53,052 nucleotides of DNA, taken from a virus (taxonomy: Duplodnaviria; Caudoviricetes). A program made the position numbers and the translations under genes. A model generated the notes under the pieces. The model was not told where the DNA came from, made no database searches, and worked only from the letters and a program-made list of their open reading frames with translations. This document shows, one piece after another, positions 27,109 to 38,069 of this stretch; positions within the stretch are counted from its first letter, which is position 1; the number at the start of each line of letters is the position of its first letter. The stretch spans positions 1 through 53,052 of IMG/VR virus record IMGVR_UViG_3300022932_000003; one strand, written 5' to 3'.

Positions 27109-29337
27109 TTAATTATTAAATTTTATCACTTTGAATTTACCTTCATTTGTAGGTTTTAAGTTCAAAAGAAAACCTTTTTCAACCTGGTTAAATTCATTTA
27201 TAAACTCAATTAATCCATAAACATTTTTAACAGGAGTGCCGTTAATCATTGTTGTACCGTTAATTTGCTTCATCACTTCATAATCGCAAACATGTTCGAA
27301 TTCAATTTCTTCACAAACAAATCTTGCCTTTTCTAATTCAGCATTTTGAATTACTCCATTTTCTGAATATTCAGGCTTTCCGATCAATTGAGTAGTTAAT
27401 TTTGAATTGGCTGTTGAGCTTGCGTATCTAACAAATTCATCTTGATATTTATCGAATCCCGCACCAAAAAACCATCCATGACGTAACAAAATATTAAAAG
27501 GTGAAAGTCTTAAATTAAATGCTGTTGCAGGGCTAAAAATTCCTGTTGGCAATTTAGCAAAATCATCGTACCATTTACGTTGCAAAAATACATTATTCGA
27601 ACCTCTTTTTAAATCATTAAACCAAATATCATTGTCATAGTTTGTATCTTCAGTATTATTAAGCGTTACCGGCTTTCTTCTTGCAAACTCAAAACCATAA
27701 CTATCAGCACGAAATTTTGACACTTTACTGAATGTATTCTTTAGCCCATTTATAACGGTTGTAAAATTGGATTTTGCATTTGGTTCATCAAGTCCCATAG
27801 CTTCATCATAGTCACCGCCTTTATCATATCCGAATTCTAAAGATGAAAAATAGCTATCGGGGGCTTCATTACGTTTTACTTTTTTAACTTGATTTGGAAG
27901 CCTTACAGTAACGTTTCTATTATAAAAAAATGATTGTTCCTCTATTCTTAAAACATCTTTATTCCCTTCTTTCTCTATTCCGATCCCAACAGATAAAACA
28001 GCATTTAACGATTCGTAATTTTCTTTGAATGATGTTGACAACGGTTTGAAAAGATTTTCAACTTTGGCAGCTTCATCAGTTGGCGAATTTTTATCAAAAC
28101 CACGAATCCAAAAACCATGAGTAAAACCCATTAAAGACCATTTTCCATCAACATTATAACCTAAATCAGTACGCCCTAAAAGATTGCTTCTAAGTGAATT
28201 CTTTTGATTAGTGCAGATAGTAAGTAGTCTATCGCATAATTCGTATATTAAAACACCTTTGGTTGTGCTTTTTTCAACAAATGAATCTTCTTCAATTGTA
28301 AAATCATTGCATACAATGTCACGAACAGATATAGTTAATCTAGACGCGTGACCATTACGACCATCATAATTTTGATCAAAAACCAAAGCTAAAGAATCAC
28401 CTGCTTCAATAGTAATAACTTGATCAAATGAAATTCCAAATTTTTTATAATTCAAATATGAATAATCTTCGCTAGTAAACAACATTCTGTTTTCTCTTAC
28501 ATTAAATTCGCTACCATCTTTATAATGTGCAAGTCTCAACCAAAATCTAAAAAAATTAACATCGTCAAAATCTAAAATAGCAACTACAAATTCAATATTG
28601 AATTTAATATGTAAAGTTCTTTTACGGTCAGAAACAGCAAAAAACATATTACTTACTTCGCCCTGAGCTGTTCTTTCCCAACTATTATCACCTACATTCC
28701 CACCAGGCAAAACTGATTGGGCATTTTCATGAGATTGACTAAATAAATTTAAAGGAACCCCAACTGTCGAACCTCTAGTATTTCCATTGGTACTGTTGCT
28801 TAATTCAACGCGGTTTTCTTCAGGCTTTACTTTATATTCAGATTTCAAAAATATTTCACGTCCATCAACTTCAATAGTAATGGGTTGCAAAGCATCAATA
28901 GGATAACCATCAAATGTGGTTATCCTATCTATTTCTACTTTATCGGAATCACGCGCTTTAATTGCTTGTTCCATTCCTCCCGAATTGAATTTTACCGAAA
29001 TCTTACCATCTTGGCTTTCCCATGTAGACAAATCCAAAAAACCAAAATATGTTTGTTCCCACACATCAGTTTTAGGATTTCGTTCTTCACGAATTAATTT
29101 TATCCTTTCATTGATTCCGTATAATTGGCGAACGGTATTTATATAAGAAGCGCCATCATCAACAAATTTTAATGAATTGGAAAATTGCTGAAAAATACCG
29201 TGGTACGTTTTACTTCTTTCTAATTCGACTTCATCGCTTTTCCATCCTTCAGGTTCTGTGATAACTTCATCATCGAAATGAATATTTCTAAGTATATACC
29301 TTATCCGATCAAAATATCCTTGATTTACATTTCCCAT
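27109..29337 (-). CDS. Distal tail/hub structural protein
   Basis: 742 aa directly after TMP; EP.GW and N.RLSP motifs. Confidence 0.65.
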   Translation of the reverse strand: MGNVNQGYFDRIRYILRNIHFDDEVITEPEGWKSDEVELERSKTYHGIFQQFSNSLKFVDDGASYINTVRQLYGINERIKLIREERNPKTDVWEQTYFGFLDLSTWESQDGKISVKFNSGGMEQAIKARDSDKVEIDRITTFDGYPIDALQPITIEVDGREIFLKSEYKVKPEENRVELSNSTNGNTRGSTVGVPLNLFSQSHENAQSVLPGGNVGDNSWERTAQGEVSNMFFAVSDRKRTLHIKFNIEFVVAILDFDDVNFFRFWLRLAHYKDGSEFNVRENRMLFTSEDYSYLNYKKFGISFDQVITIEAGDSLALVFDQNYDGRNGHASRLTISVRDIVCNDFTIEEDSFVEKSTTKGVLIYELCDRLLTICTNQKNSLRSNLLGRTDLGYNVDGKWSLMGFTHGFWIRGFDKNSPTDEAAKVENLFKPLSTSFKENYESLNAVLSVGIGIEKEGNKDVLRIEEQSFFYNRNVTVRLPNQVKKVKRNEAPDSYFSSLEFGYDKGGDYDEAMGLDEPNAKSNFTTVINGLKNTFSKVSKFRADSYGFEFARRKPVTLNNTEDTNYDNDIWFNDLKRGSNNVFLQRKWYDDFAKLPTGIFSPATAFNLRLSPFNILLRHGWFFGAGFDKYQDEFVRYASSTANSKLTTQLIGKPEYSENGVIQNAELEKARFVCEEIEFEHVCDYEVMKQINGTTMINGTPVKNVYGLIEFINEFNQVEKGFLLNLKPTNEGKFKVIKFNN

Positions 29338-29339
29338 TT

Positions 29340-32300
29340 TTACAATTGGTTTTTAAGTTTCCAAAAAGCATGAGACAAATCTACGTTTTTTTGCTCTGAT
29401 TTTGAAGGTTTGTTTCTGCGGGTTACTTCTATCAATTTATCAATTTTATTTATCAATTCCGGATCTCTTTTATCTTTTACAATAACTAATCGCTGAAATT
29501 CATTTAGTTTTTTTCCTTCCTCCTGAACTCCATTCAATAGTTTTTTACGCTCTTTGTCGGTGTAATCTTCAACAGATTTGTGAACCGTATCGCCTTCCAT
29601 TAATTGAACTAAACGATTTTTACCTTCGTAAATTTTAGCGGTTCCATCTTTTGATTCTACAACTTCCGGAACATAATTTCCTGACCCCGTAACGCCATCA
29701 TTAATAATCGCTTTTTCTTTTTTACCACCTTTACGACCTGTTTTGTATTTAGGAATTGGCGTAGCAATTGCAGCAGCTAGTTGTATCGCGCCAATTACGC
29801 CCGCAGCCAATGCCCTAGCGAAAGCTGTGTAAGGATCTCCTGTTCCTAATTGATGTATAACAGCTAATGCGGTTTCAATTCCTATCTGAGCAATAGTAAT
29901 CGCTTTATTAAACTTTGCCTGTTTTTCCTGCTCTTTCCTTTTCTTTTTCTCTAAAGCTTCATTTTTTTTATCTCTTTCTTTTTCGAGCAGTTCTTTTTGT
30001 TTTTCATCCTCACCGGCTAATTCAATTTGTTTTTCATAGAATTCATTGTTTTTATCAATTTCATAATCAATATTTTGAATTTTCTTTTCAAATATAGCAC
30101 TTGCCAAATCGTTCAAAGCACTTGTTAAATCTTGTGATATTTGTAAAATTTCTGAAGCAAGTTTTAATTCTTCATCAATTATTTTTTTATTCTTCTTATC
30201 ATTTTTTTCTAACTCTTTTTCTGCAATATCTGATTTAGCTTTACTTAATTTCTCGGCTATTTCCTGACGTTTTTCAGCAGTCAAGCGTTCTTTATCAGGC
30301 AAAGCATCTGAAGCATCTAATTCATTTTGTAAAGTATCAGCCTGAGCACGCAAAGAAGCTAATGCAGCTTTCTTTTTAATCTCAAAAATTCTGTTTTCAT
30401 GATCTTGCGTAAGCTTTTCACGTTCACTAAATTTCAATGATTCTAAATCACCTAATTCCTTGAAACGAATATTTTCAAGTTCCAACTCTTTATTCATATT
30501 TTCATTGATACGAGAAATACGCTTTTCCATTGATTTAGTATATGATGCTTCATCGAACAAACGAATTTGATCAATGTCTTTTTGCATTTTTTTGTTTACA
30601 TCAACAATTTTGTTAGCGGCTTCACGCTCAATGAATAACTTTTGATTGGCGTTCATTTTATCTTCATCCAAAACAAATTTATCAGCATCTAATTTGTGCT
30701 GTTTAACAAGATCGATCAAATCTAGTTCGGCTTTGTTTACATTTTTCGCTGCACCTATTCGGATATCATCTTTTAATTTATCATCAGAAACAATTTCGCC
30801 GTTTAATTGTGCAATTCTTTCTAGTCTTTGGCGTTCCAATTCAAACAAAGCATCGTTTAATTCTTTTTGGCGTTTTAAAGCATCTTTTAGTTCTTTGTCG
30901 GATAAACCTATAGGCGGTTCTTCTTCTTTCTTAGAAACTTCTGATTTTTTACCAATACCTCTTATTTTTTTTTGAGATTCAATTAAAATTTGCTCTTGTT
31001 CCGCTATAGCTTTAATCAATCTTTCTTTTTCTAATTTTATATCTTTACCACTTCTTCCCGAAAGATTAATAGCATAAGGATTAAAATCTTTTAACTCATT
31101 TTCTGTTTTTTTTAATTCTTCTTTTAGTGTTTTTCTTTGAATCATGGCCGCCCTGCCTATAGATATAGCAATTTTTGTTTCATCACCTGTTCCTAATCTG
31201 TCTAAAAGAGAATTTTTTTCCTTTAGTAAAGCGGGATCATTGTAGCCCGATTGAATTGCATCATTAATTTCTTTTATACGATTTCTAATGTTTTTACGTT
31301 CTTTTTCACTTATTTCAGGACGTATTAACTCATTAAATTGCTGTTGAAAAGTTTTAACTCCTTGTGATGATCCTTCTTGCGCTGCTTTTCCAAATAAATC
31401 ATCCCAAGAAGTATTTAATCTAATTAATGATTTTAAAGACCCATTAGCACCATCAATAAAGAACTTAAAAAAATCTGATACTACCCCCGAACCACTGCCT
31501 ACAGATAATATGAATGAATCATATGTTGATTTTAATAATTCTGTCTTGCCATTTAATGTGTCCATTCTAATAGCCGCCTGTTCTTCTGCTGTGCCAACTT
31601 CCCTCATCTGCCCTGTCAATTCTTTCAATCTATCAGTATGAGAAAGTACATTAATGGCAGCTGTAGCATTTTCAAGCCCAAAAACCTTCACTATAGAGGC
31701 ATTATCTTTTAATAGCGGTTTTAGTAATTCTAATTTTTGTTGAATTGGGATAGATTGATCACCTAAAGTTTTCAATGAAATACCCAATCTTTCAAATTCA
31801 GCACGTGCTAATTTTGGCAATGCATTAGGTGCTGAAATCTTCAATAAAACATTTCTTAATGCTGTACCTGCTTCCGCTCCTTTTAATCCATTCTCGGCCA
31901 ATAATTCAACTAATGCAACACTTTCTTGTATGCTAACATTAGAACTACGAGCAACGGCCCCAAATTTTAGTAAAGATTCGGTTAATTGAGGTATTTCAGC
32001 AGATCCAAATTTTGCCCCGTTAGCTAAAGCATCAATAAAAGCTTGTGATTCATCGGCTGCAGCGCCAAATTGATTCATGGCATCCGTTAAAGCCGTAGCG
32101 GCTTCAGGAAGCTCTAAACCCGCAGCCTGAGATAAAGTAATTGCAGCTTCTGTTACAGCATTTAACGCTTTTACATTATCAAGTAATTCAGGTTTAGCAC
32201 CGGCAATTAATTTATAAGCTTCAACAACGGCCTGAGCACCTCCCGCAACTGTCTGACCTAAATCAATAGCCGAGTTTTTAAGGAATGATAAATCTTTACC

Positions 32301-33086
32301 TGTTGCGCCTGTGATAGAACTTAAATCAGCTAATGATTGTTCAAAGGCTTTTATTGTTTTATACGCATCACCTAATATTGCAGCAAATGCAGTAATCCCG
32401 CCAACCAAACCAAAAGCACCTGCCAAATCTTTTAAGCCTTTTGCAAAGCCTTTTAAATTTGGATAATTACCAACTGATTTATGAAAATCACCAACAGCCT
32501 GATCGGCAGCACGAACACGTTTATCCAAAGCATCAAAAGCTTTAGTTGCTTCTTTAATGGCGGCAATGTCTTTATTTTCTGCTGCCAATAAATCTAAAAG
32601 TGTTTTTTTAGCAGCTGTCCTTGCTGCGTTTAATTTGGTATAAGCGCCTACTAATCCTAATCTTTCTAAAGTGGCCTGTTTAGCAGCTTTATTTGCAATT
32701 TCTAATTGAATTCTTTCTTCAAGTGTTAGCTTAGTGCCTCGTTGCTTTTGAACGGATAATTTATTTTGAGCATCAGCATCGGCTTTAGATGTTTTAATTC
32801 TTTCCTGCTCAATTTTATTCATGGAAATTTCGGCAGCTTCTTGCCGCTTAATTGCATCAATCATTTTTTGAGTTTCTAAAGCTTGTTGTTGCTTAGCCGT
32901 AATATATCCGGATTGATCTTTGATTCCTTTGAATTCCTGAGCCAATTTATTAATAGCTTTCAATGATTCAACAAATTGCTTGTTTGCTTCAATCGCCTGA
33001 ACCATATTATCAGCGTATTGTTTACCGATAGTAAGGGCTTTATCCTCTATAATATCTTTTTGCGTAATAACACCATCGTTTGCCAT
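29340..33086 (-). CDS. Tail tape measure protein
   Basis: 1248 aa; Ala-rich TP901-type core (FEQSLADLSSITGATG..GLKGAEAGTALRN); long coiled coils. Confidence 0.92.
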   Translation of the reverse strand: MANDGVITQKDIIEDKALTIGKQYADNMVQAIEANKQFVESLKAINKLAQEFKGIKDQSGYITAKQQQALETQKMIDAIKRQEAAEISMNKIEQERIKTSKADADAQNKLSVQKQRGTKLTLEERIQLEIANKAAKQATLERLGLVGAYTKLNAARTAAKKTLLDLLAAENKDIAAIKEATKAFDALDKRVRAADQAVGDFHKSVGNYPNLKGFAKGLKDLAGAFGLVGGITAFAAILGDAYKTIKAFEQSLADLSSITGATGKDLSFLKNSAIDLGQTVAGGAQAVVEAYKLIAGAKPELLDNVKALNAVTEAAITLSQAAGLELPEAATALTDAMNQFGAAADESQAFIDALANGAKFGSAEIPQLTESLLKFGAVARSSNVSIQESVALVELLAENGLKGAEAGTALRNVLLKISAPNALPKLARAEFERLGISLKTLGDQSIPIQQKLELLKPLLKDNASIVKVFGLENATAAINVLSHTDRLKELTGQMREVGTAEEQAAIRMDTLNGKTELLKSTYDSFILSVGSGSGVVSDFFKFFIDGANGSLKSLIRLNTSWDDLFGKAAQEGSSQGVKTFQQQFNELIRPEISEKERKNIRNRIKEINDAIQSGYNDPALLKEKNSLLDRLGTGDETKIAISIGRAAMIQRKTLKEELKKTENELKDFNPYAINLSGRSGKDIKLEKERLIKAIAEQEQILIESQKKIRGIGKKSEVSKKEEEPPIGLSDKELKDALKRQKELNDALFELERQRLERIAQLNGEIVSDDKLKDDIRIGAAKNVNKAELDLIDLVKQHKLDADKFVLDEDKMNANQKLFIEREAANKIVDVNKKMQKDIDQIRLFDEASYTKSMEKRISRINENMNKELELENIRFKELGDLESLKFSEREKLTQDHENRIFEIKKKAALASLRAQADTLQNELDASDALPDKERLTAEKRQEIAEKLSKAKSDIAEKELEKNDKKNKKIIDEELKLASEILQISQDLTSALNDLASAIFEKKIQNIDYEIDKNNEFYEKQIELAGEDEKQKELLEKERDKKNEALEKKKRKEQEKQAKFNKAITIAQIGIETALAVIHQLGTGDPYTAFARALAAGVIGAIQLAAAIATPIPKYKTGRKGGKKEKAIINDGVTGSGNYVPEVVESKDGTAKIYEGKNRLVQLMEGDTVHKSVEDYTDKERKKLLNGVQEEGKKLNEFQRLVIVKDKRDPELINKIDKLIEVTRRNKPSKSEQKNVDLSHAFWKLKNQL

Positions 33087-33091
33087 AGTAT

Positions 33092-33697
33092 TTATTTTTT
33101 AGCTTTCGCGTTTTGTTCTGATATTTGTTTCATCTTTTTATTTACCTGGCGTTTAATTGCTCTAAACTTCATATAAGAAACCGTATTGTAATCAAAATCA
33201 AATCCCATAATATCAGCATAACCACACATTATATCATCAATTGTTAATTTTTCATGCTGTAATGGTTGGTTTTCTTCTGAATCTTCTTTTGGTAATTGAT
33301 TCTTTAGCGTTTTTATCTTGATATTTAGCCCTTTTGCGAAACGTTTTACCTGTTCTATGTCCTGATAGTAGTTTTCGGTATTATCAGTCCTAATAACGTA
33401 TCTTTTTGATTTCAAAATTTCAATTAATTCATCATCAATATCAAATTCCAAACAATCACATGCGCCAACAATAAATTTATGTTCCATTTCTAAAGATTCA
33501 ACATCTAAAGTAATTCTGAATTCTCTTTTTGATTCCGGTGTGCTATCAAGTTCTAAATGTTCCTGGAATAGTTTTTCCCAAATTATTTCTAAAAGATTCA
33601 AACTTTCTTCAGTATCACTTAATAACGAAAAATCACCTGTTGCGGCAATTTTTAAAAACGTTTTATGGGGTATCGTATCAAGGCTGTTGTAAATCAT
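33092..33697 (-). CDS. Putative tail assembly chaperone
   Basis: Acidic helical protein immediately before TMP. Confidence 0.45.
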   Translation of the reverse strand: MIYNSLDTIPHKTFLKIAATGDFSLLSDTEESLNLLEIIWEKLFQEHLELDSTPESKREFRITLDVESLEMEHKFIVGACDCLEFDIDDELIEILKSKRYVIRTDNTENYYQDIEQVKRFAKGLNIKIKTLKNQLPKEDSEENQPLQHEKLTIDDIMCGYADIMGFDFDYNTVSYMKFRAIKRQVNKKMKQISEQNAKAKK

Positions 33698-34143
33698 ATA
33701 TCTAAGTTATTTCTGAGGTTTTCAATAAAAAAAGGAGCTAAGCGACTAGCGATTAACTCCTTAAGATTTTTGTCAGTAAGTCCAAATAAATCATCTGAAA
33801 GCCAATGTTCACTATCTAAAATAAGATGTGTTTTCGGATCTGTAGCAAATAATCTGAAAGCTTTACCTTGAATATCAACGTAAAAGCTGCCTAACCATTT
33901 ACCGGATTCCTTACCATCGAACGGTTCACCTCTTTTTTTTCTTCCGTTAGTAATAACTTCAGTCATATAGGAGTAAAAACCGATGTTTTTATTATAAATA
34001 TCTTTGCTATCAATGTTTATTTGGTCAACATTCAGCTTTACAATTTCTTTTTCAATCTGCCTGATAAATTTAAACAAGTCATTACTTAACCGCGTAGGTG
34101 TCAGACTTCTTGCTTTCTTTAGTTGTTGATTGAAGTTTGCCAT
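33694..34143 (-). CDS. Putative neck/tail completion protein
   Basis: Basic; YS..T..K, SG.W..SF, LFGLT..N pattern; synteny. Confidence 0.45.
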   Translation of the reverse strand: MANFNQQLKKARSLTPTRLSNDLFKFIRQIEKEIVKLNVDQINIDSKDIYNKNIGFYSYMTEVITNGRKKRGEPFDGKESGKWLGSFYVDIQGKAFRLFATDPKTHLILDSEHWLSDDLFGLTDKNLKELIASRLAPFFIENLRNNLDI

Positions 34144-34300
34144 TTTGATTGGTTAAAATTTCATAAGCTTTTTCTAGTTCCGATTCTAGATTTTCGGCGG
34201 GGGTATCTTTAAAAACATGACTATCAGAAAAGTCTTTTTTGAATTGCCCGAATGAAGTTTTAAATCCATTCGGGAATTCTATACCTTTATACTTTGGCAT
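34082..34300 (-). CDS. Hypothetical tail-module protein
   Basis: 72 aa, coupled to MTP. Confidence 0.55.
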   Translation of the reverse strand: MPKYKGIEFPNGFKTSFGQFKKDFSDSHVFKDTPAENLESELEKAYEILTNQNGKLQSTTKESKKSDTYAVK

Positions 34301-35178
34301 TATGGTGTAACTTCTAGAATTAATGTTTCAGGAGTTTCATAAGAAAGCCCGCCAACAGTTACAACACCTACCAATTCAACAGTATAACCATCTGCGAAAC
34401 CTGTACCTGTCAATGTATAAACACCTTCAGCATCCGGAGCAGTAAAAGTTACTGTTTGAATAACGCCCGTAAGATTTCTAACTACAAAATTAGCTAATAC
34501 AAAAGTTTCAACTAATTCATCACCACCCGAACAACCAACGCCCGCTGTTAATTTAATAACAGTTGAACTTGCTGAAACCTGTGTAAGTGTAACGTCAAAA
34601 ATACCAAACAATTCTGAATCTCTCCATTCAGGTCTGCCTATCCAACCGTTTTGCTCGAATTCACTTGAATCCAAATAATTGATTGTTACCAATGTGGATG
34701 GCGGTCTGTCGGCTGTTGCGTCTAATCTTGGTCCTACATTTAGTTTTACTGATTGACCTTTTACGCCTCCATCAGTAGTATTTACACCTTTGATTGCTCC
34801 ATCCTCTGTGAATTCAAACAATTGTAAAGGAGTATCACCGAATGATGTTAAAGCAAAATGAGAACATAAACCTAAAATACTGGTGAATGTTGTGATCTTT
34901 TTACCATTTGAAGTAAGGTATTGTTGTCTACGACCTTCAAAATATGTCGGTTCCGTGTTAGCGGTTGTAACTTCCTCAGCTTCGTAAAGCGGGAAAATCT
35001 GTTTTGCGGCAACTGCTGCATTCCATTTATCCAAATCTTCCGCATCATCGCGGCTATCAAATTGGAATCCAGGAATAGCGACCGCCGTACGAATCATAAC
35101 TCCTTCAATACATTGCTCTTTAGCACCTGTATTTCGCTTATTTTGATCTTTGCCTTTGCATTTTACAAATATTGCCAT
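34300..35178 (-). CDS. Major tail (tube) protein
   Basis: N-terminal C..NTG..C, synteny, C-terminal Ig-like region. Confidence 0.7.
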   Translation of the reverse strand: MAIFVKCKGKDQNKRNTGAKEQCIEGVMIRTAVAIPGFQFDSRDDAEDLDKWNAAVAAKQIFPLYEAEEVTTANTEPTYFEGRRQQYLTSNGKKITTFTSILGLCSHFALTSFGDTPLQLFEFTEDGAIKGVNTTDGGVKGQSVKLNVGPRLDATADRPPSTLVTINYLDSSEFEQNGWIGRPEWRDSELFGIFDVTLTQVSASSTVIKLTAGVGCSGGDELVETFVLANFVVRNLTGVIQTVTFTAPDAEGVYTLTGTGFADGYTVELVGVVTVGGLSYETPETLILEVTP

Positions 35179-35197
35179 AAGTTCTATTTTTATTTAA

Positions 35198-35755
35198 TTA
35201 ACAATTTAAATTAATTTTGTATTTCATTGTTCCGGTAATTGCAAAACAATGAAATGGCTGCATATCATCGGTTTTAATGTTATCAGTTTTAAAGCCTTTG
35301 AATATATTTTCTAATCCTTTTTGAATACCATCAATAGCAAACATTTTGTTTTTCTTGATCTGAGCAATAACATCTAATTGGGCTTCAGAATCCGCACGAT
35401 GCAAAATAGTTGGATAACAATTCTTAAGATTCATCATCACTACAAATTTTCCCTCAGCAAAATAGAATTCATTGAAATCATCAGTCGTATGATCTCGATC
35501 TTCTTCAATAAAACAAATCGTAGCGTTTACAGAATCATTCAAATACAAATCTCGGTACTCACCATCACCAATATACGCTTCAGGGTAAAAATCATCACTC
35601 ACAGGATTTCTTCTGATTCTTCCAAAAACATCTAATGTAGTATCAGGATTAATCCCTGATGTTTTCCATTTAGCTTTTAGATTGTCGAACAAAAGTTTTT
35701 GCGTGTATTGAACCTGTTCGTCTAATCCTTTAGGATTTGTTATAGTATAATTCAT
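35198..35755 (-). CDS. Putative tail terminator/head-tail joining protein
   Basis: Synteny before MTP; DMQPFHCF motif; probable start MNYTITNP. Confidence 0.5.
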   Translation of the reverse strand: MNYTITNPKGLDEQVQYTQKLLFDNLKAKWKTSGINPDTTLDVFGRIRRNPVSDDFYPEAYIGDGEYRDLYLNDSVNATICFIEEDRDHTTDDFNEFYFAEGKFVVMMNLKNCYPTILHRADSEAQLDVIAQIKKNKMFAIDGIQKGLENIFKGFKTDNIKTDDMQPFHCFAITGTMKYKINLNC

Positions 35756-35756
35756 A

Positions 35757-36338
35757 TTACCATGATTTTGTTCCATCAACAGGAATTTCAAAGGGAAATA
35801 TTACTTCTTTAGCTTTTCGAATAGCATAATAACGTTCTCTTTTTATTCCTTGTGCTACAATTGCACCCGAATCACTCCTAACACCTTCCAATTCCATTTT
35901 TAACTTCTCGTACGCTTCTTTTGCGTTACGCTCGAATAAGTTTTTTCTTGATGTGGAAATAAATAATTCAATACATTTTATTGCGATTGTATAACCAATA
36001 ACATCATCAAAAATAAAAGGATTGGTAATTATGATATTTGAATAATCTGTATCGATAAGTGAACGCGAATCTTTATTGATGATTTCATTTAGCGATTCTA
36101 AAACAGCCTGAGTTTTCATACTTTGTAAGTAAGTATTAAACGGCAATTCCAACATGTTTATTTGTGGAATTGCCGAATAAATATTTTCAACTATCGCAAT
36201 CTGATGAAATGAATTCACGTAACGGCCTGAATTCGACAAAACCACTTCCGGAGAAAGTGCGATTGCAAAATTAGAATCCATTGGTTCAGCGAATCCAATT
36301 CTATCTACTAACGACTGTATGCTTTCAGGACTATACAT
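35757..36338 (-). CDS. Putative head-tail adaptor
   Basis: First gene after MCP; helical. Confidence 0.5.
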   Translation of the reverse strand: MYSPESIQSLVDRIGFAEPMDSNFAIALSPEVVLSNSGRYVNSFHQIAIVENIYSAIPQINMLELPFNTYLQSMKTQAVLESLNEIINKDSRSLIDTDYSNIIITNPFIFDDVIGYTIAIKCIELFISTSRKNLFERNAKEAYEKLKMELEGVRSDSGAIVAQGIKRERYYAIRKAKEVIFPFEIPVDGTKSW

Positions 36339-36339
36339 A

Positions 36340-37623
36340 TTATGCTGATGCTGCTAATTGAGCTTCAAAGATCAAAATTTGTTCCTCGTTAAGCTTGTTT
36401 ATTGCTTTTTTGATTGATGCATCTGTTGAAGAAGTAGTTAATTTATTAGTTGAATCAGCAGCATTTAAACCTGCAATAACTGAAACTTTAGTGTAGTTAG
36501 TACCTTCATAGCTGTAATTTGCATCACCTTCTGTTTGTGCGCTAACATCGGCATCAGAAACGTCCATTAAATAGATTGAATCAACATTATCTAAAACAGG
36601 TAACGCTAAAGCCTGAGAAGAAGTAAATTCTCTTACAGGATCGTTTTTACCATATTTAGAAATCAAAATTAAATCATCCACTTTGGTATAAGTAACTTGC
36701 TTAACAGGGAATGTTTCTTCGGCCAATGAACCATAAGTCAAAGTACCAACATTCAAATCAGTTAAGAAAGTAACAATATTAGCAGTCCAAGGATTTGTAA
36801 CACTACGTACACCGTTTTTCTCTACTAACATTTGTCTATCGACAATTGTAATAGTTACGCCATAATTTGCTTTCAAGAACTCATTTGCACGTTCAACCGA
36901 TGGAACATTTGGAATTTGAGAGCCTGTAAATCCAAGTGAAAAAGCAAATTCTTGCTTAACCTGAGTATTAGCTTTAAATAAGTTCCATGTGCTTAGATCC
37001 ATGAAGATATAAGAAAGTGTTGCGCCTTTTGCACGTGCCTGAGATTTTACCCAATTGATATCATCGATTGGCGTAGCGTTGGCATCTGTCCAAGGCAAAG
37101 TAACACCGTATCTATTTGCCGCAGGAATACCAAAATCAATTCTTATTCCTACACCTGTAGAATCATCACCTGTAATCAAAGTTACACCTGAAGATAAAGC
37201 CTGTAAGAACATAAATTCTAAGGTTTCATAAATACCGGCAACGCATTTGTTCACATCACCAAATAGTTTACGTAAAATTTCAGATTCTTGGCCGGCCGTA
37301 GCTACTAAAATCTTAAGATCATTCATGGTATGTTCGTTAAGATACATTTTCATACCTAATTTAGGAATGTCACCTGTAGCTTTACTAATTGAATCTCTTC
37401 TTTTTAAAGGAAGGCTAGAATCCAAAGCAACTACATCTGCTCTTACAACTGTACCATTGCTAGAAATTGAACCCCATTGCAACGATGTTGAAAAGGTTTT
37501 TCTAAGCATTGTTTTATGCATGTATGTTAAAGGATTAGTCGTACCATTTAACTTTTCAATTACTTTAAGCGCAATCGCTTTAAAGAATTTGTCTACCCAT
37601 TGCGGGAATAATGATTGTTCCAT
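36340..37623 (-). CDS. Major capsid protein (lambda gpE-like family)
   Basis: ADVVALDSSLPLKRR, GDIPKLG, E.M.LQALSSG, IDFGIP, W....ATPIDDI. Confidence 0.88.
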   Translation of the reverse strand: MEQSLFPQWVDKFFKAIALKVIEKLNGTTNPLTYMHKTMLRKTFSTSLQWGSISSNGTVVRADVVALDSSLPLKRRDSISKATGDIPKLGMKMYLNEHTMNDLKILVATAGQESEILRKLFGDVNKCVAGIYETLEFMFLQALSSGVTLITGDDSTGVGIRIDFGIPAANRYGVTLPWTDANATPIDDINWVKSQARAKGATLSYIFMDLSTWNLFKANTQVKQEFAFSLGFTGSQIPNVPSVERANEFLKANYGVTITIVDRQMLVEKNGVRSVTNPWTANIVTFLTDLNVGTLTYGSLAEETFPVKQVTYTKVDDLILISKYGKNDPVREFTSSQALALPVLDNVDSIYLMDVSDADVSAQTEGDANYSYEGTNYTKVSVIAGLNAADSTNKLTTSSTDASIKKAINKLNEEQILIFEAQLAASA

Positions 37624-37643
37624 TTTTTAAATGATTTTTAGGA

Positions 37644-38042
37644 TTAATCCTTTGTGAATAAAATGTGATTTTCAAGTGCCGTAATGGCAGCAGCGGGAAC
37701 CGCCGGTAAACCATAATTAACAATTGCTACATTGTTAACATCACCTGATAAAAGAACCGGTGCGAATGGTCTTTTGGTCAAAATTGTAGCGTACAAAATA
37801 CCCTTGTAGGTATGTCCTGCAGGAAGTGTTACGTATTCACCCGCTGAAATAGCTAAAGGTTTCAATACTCCGTTAGATGTTTGCTCGATGATCACGCGAC
37901 CGGCTTTTAAAACCTCCTCTGTGATTCCTGTAACGTCTAACGTTTTACCGCCGGGAATATCAACCAAAAGTTTTTTGATGATAATTGAATCCCAAGTAGT
38001 ATCAACCTGAACGCCCTCGTTGTTTAAATTTGCTGTTGGCAT
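37644..38042 (-). CDS. Head decoration protein
   Basis: IPGG.TLD..VLKAG..II; between scaffold and MCP. Confidence 0.65.
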   Translation of the reverse strand: MPTANLNNEGVQVDTTWDSIIIKKLLVDIPGGKTLDVTGITEEVLKAGRVIIEQTSNGVLKPLAISAGEYVTLPAGHTYKGILYATILTKRPFAPVLLSGDVNNVAIVNYGLPAVPAAAITALENHILFTKD

Positions 38043-38069
38043 CTTTTTAGTTGTTTTTTAAATTAATAT

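Noticed and set aside
34082-34143. Programmed tail-chaperone frameshift at the 62-nt overlap
   Set aside because: No XXXYYYZ slippery heptamer seen; the downstream ORF has its own ATG
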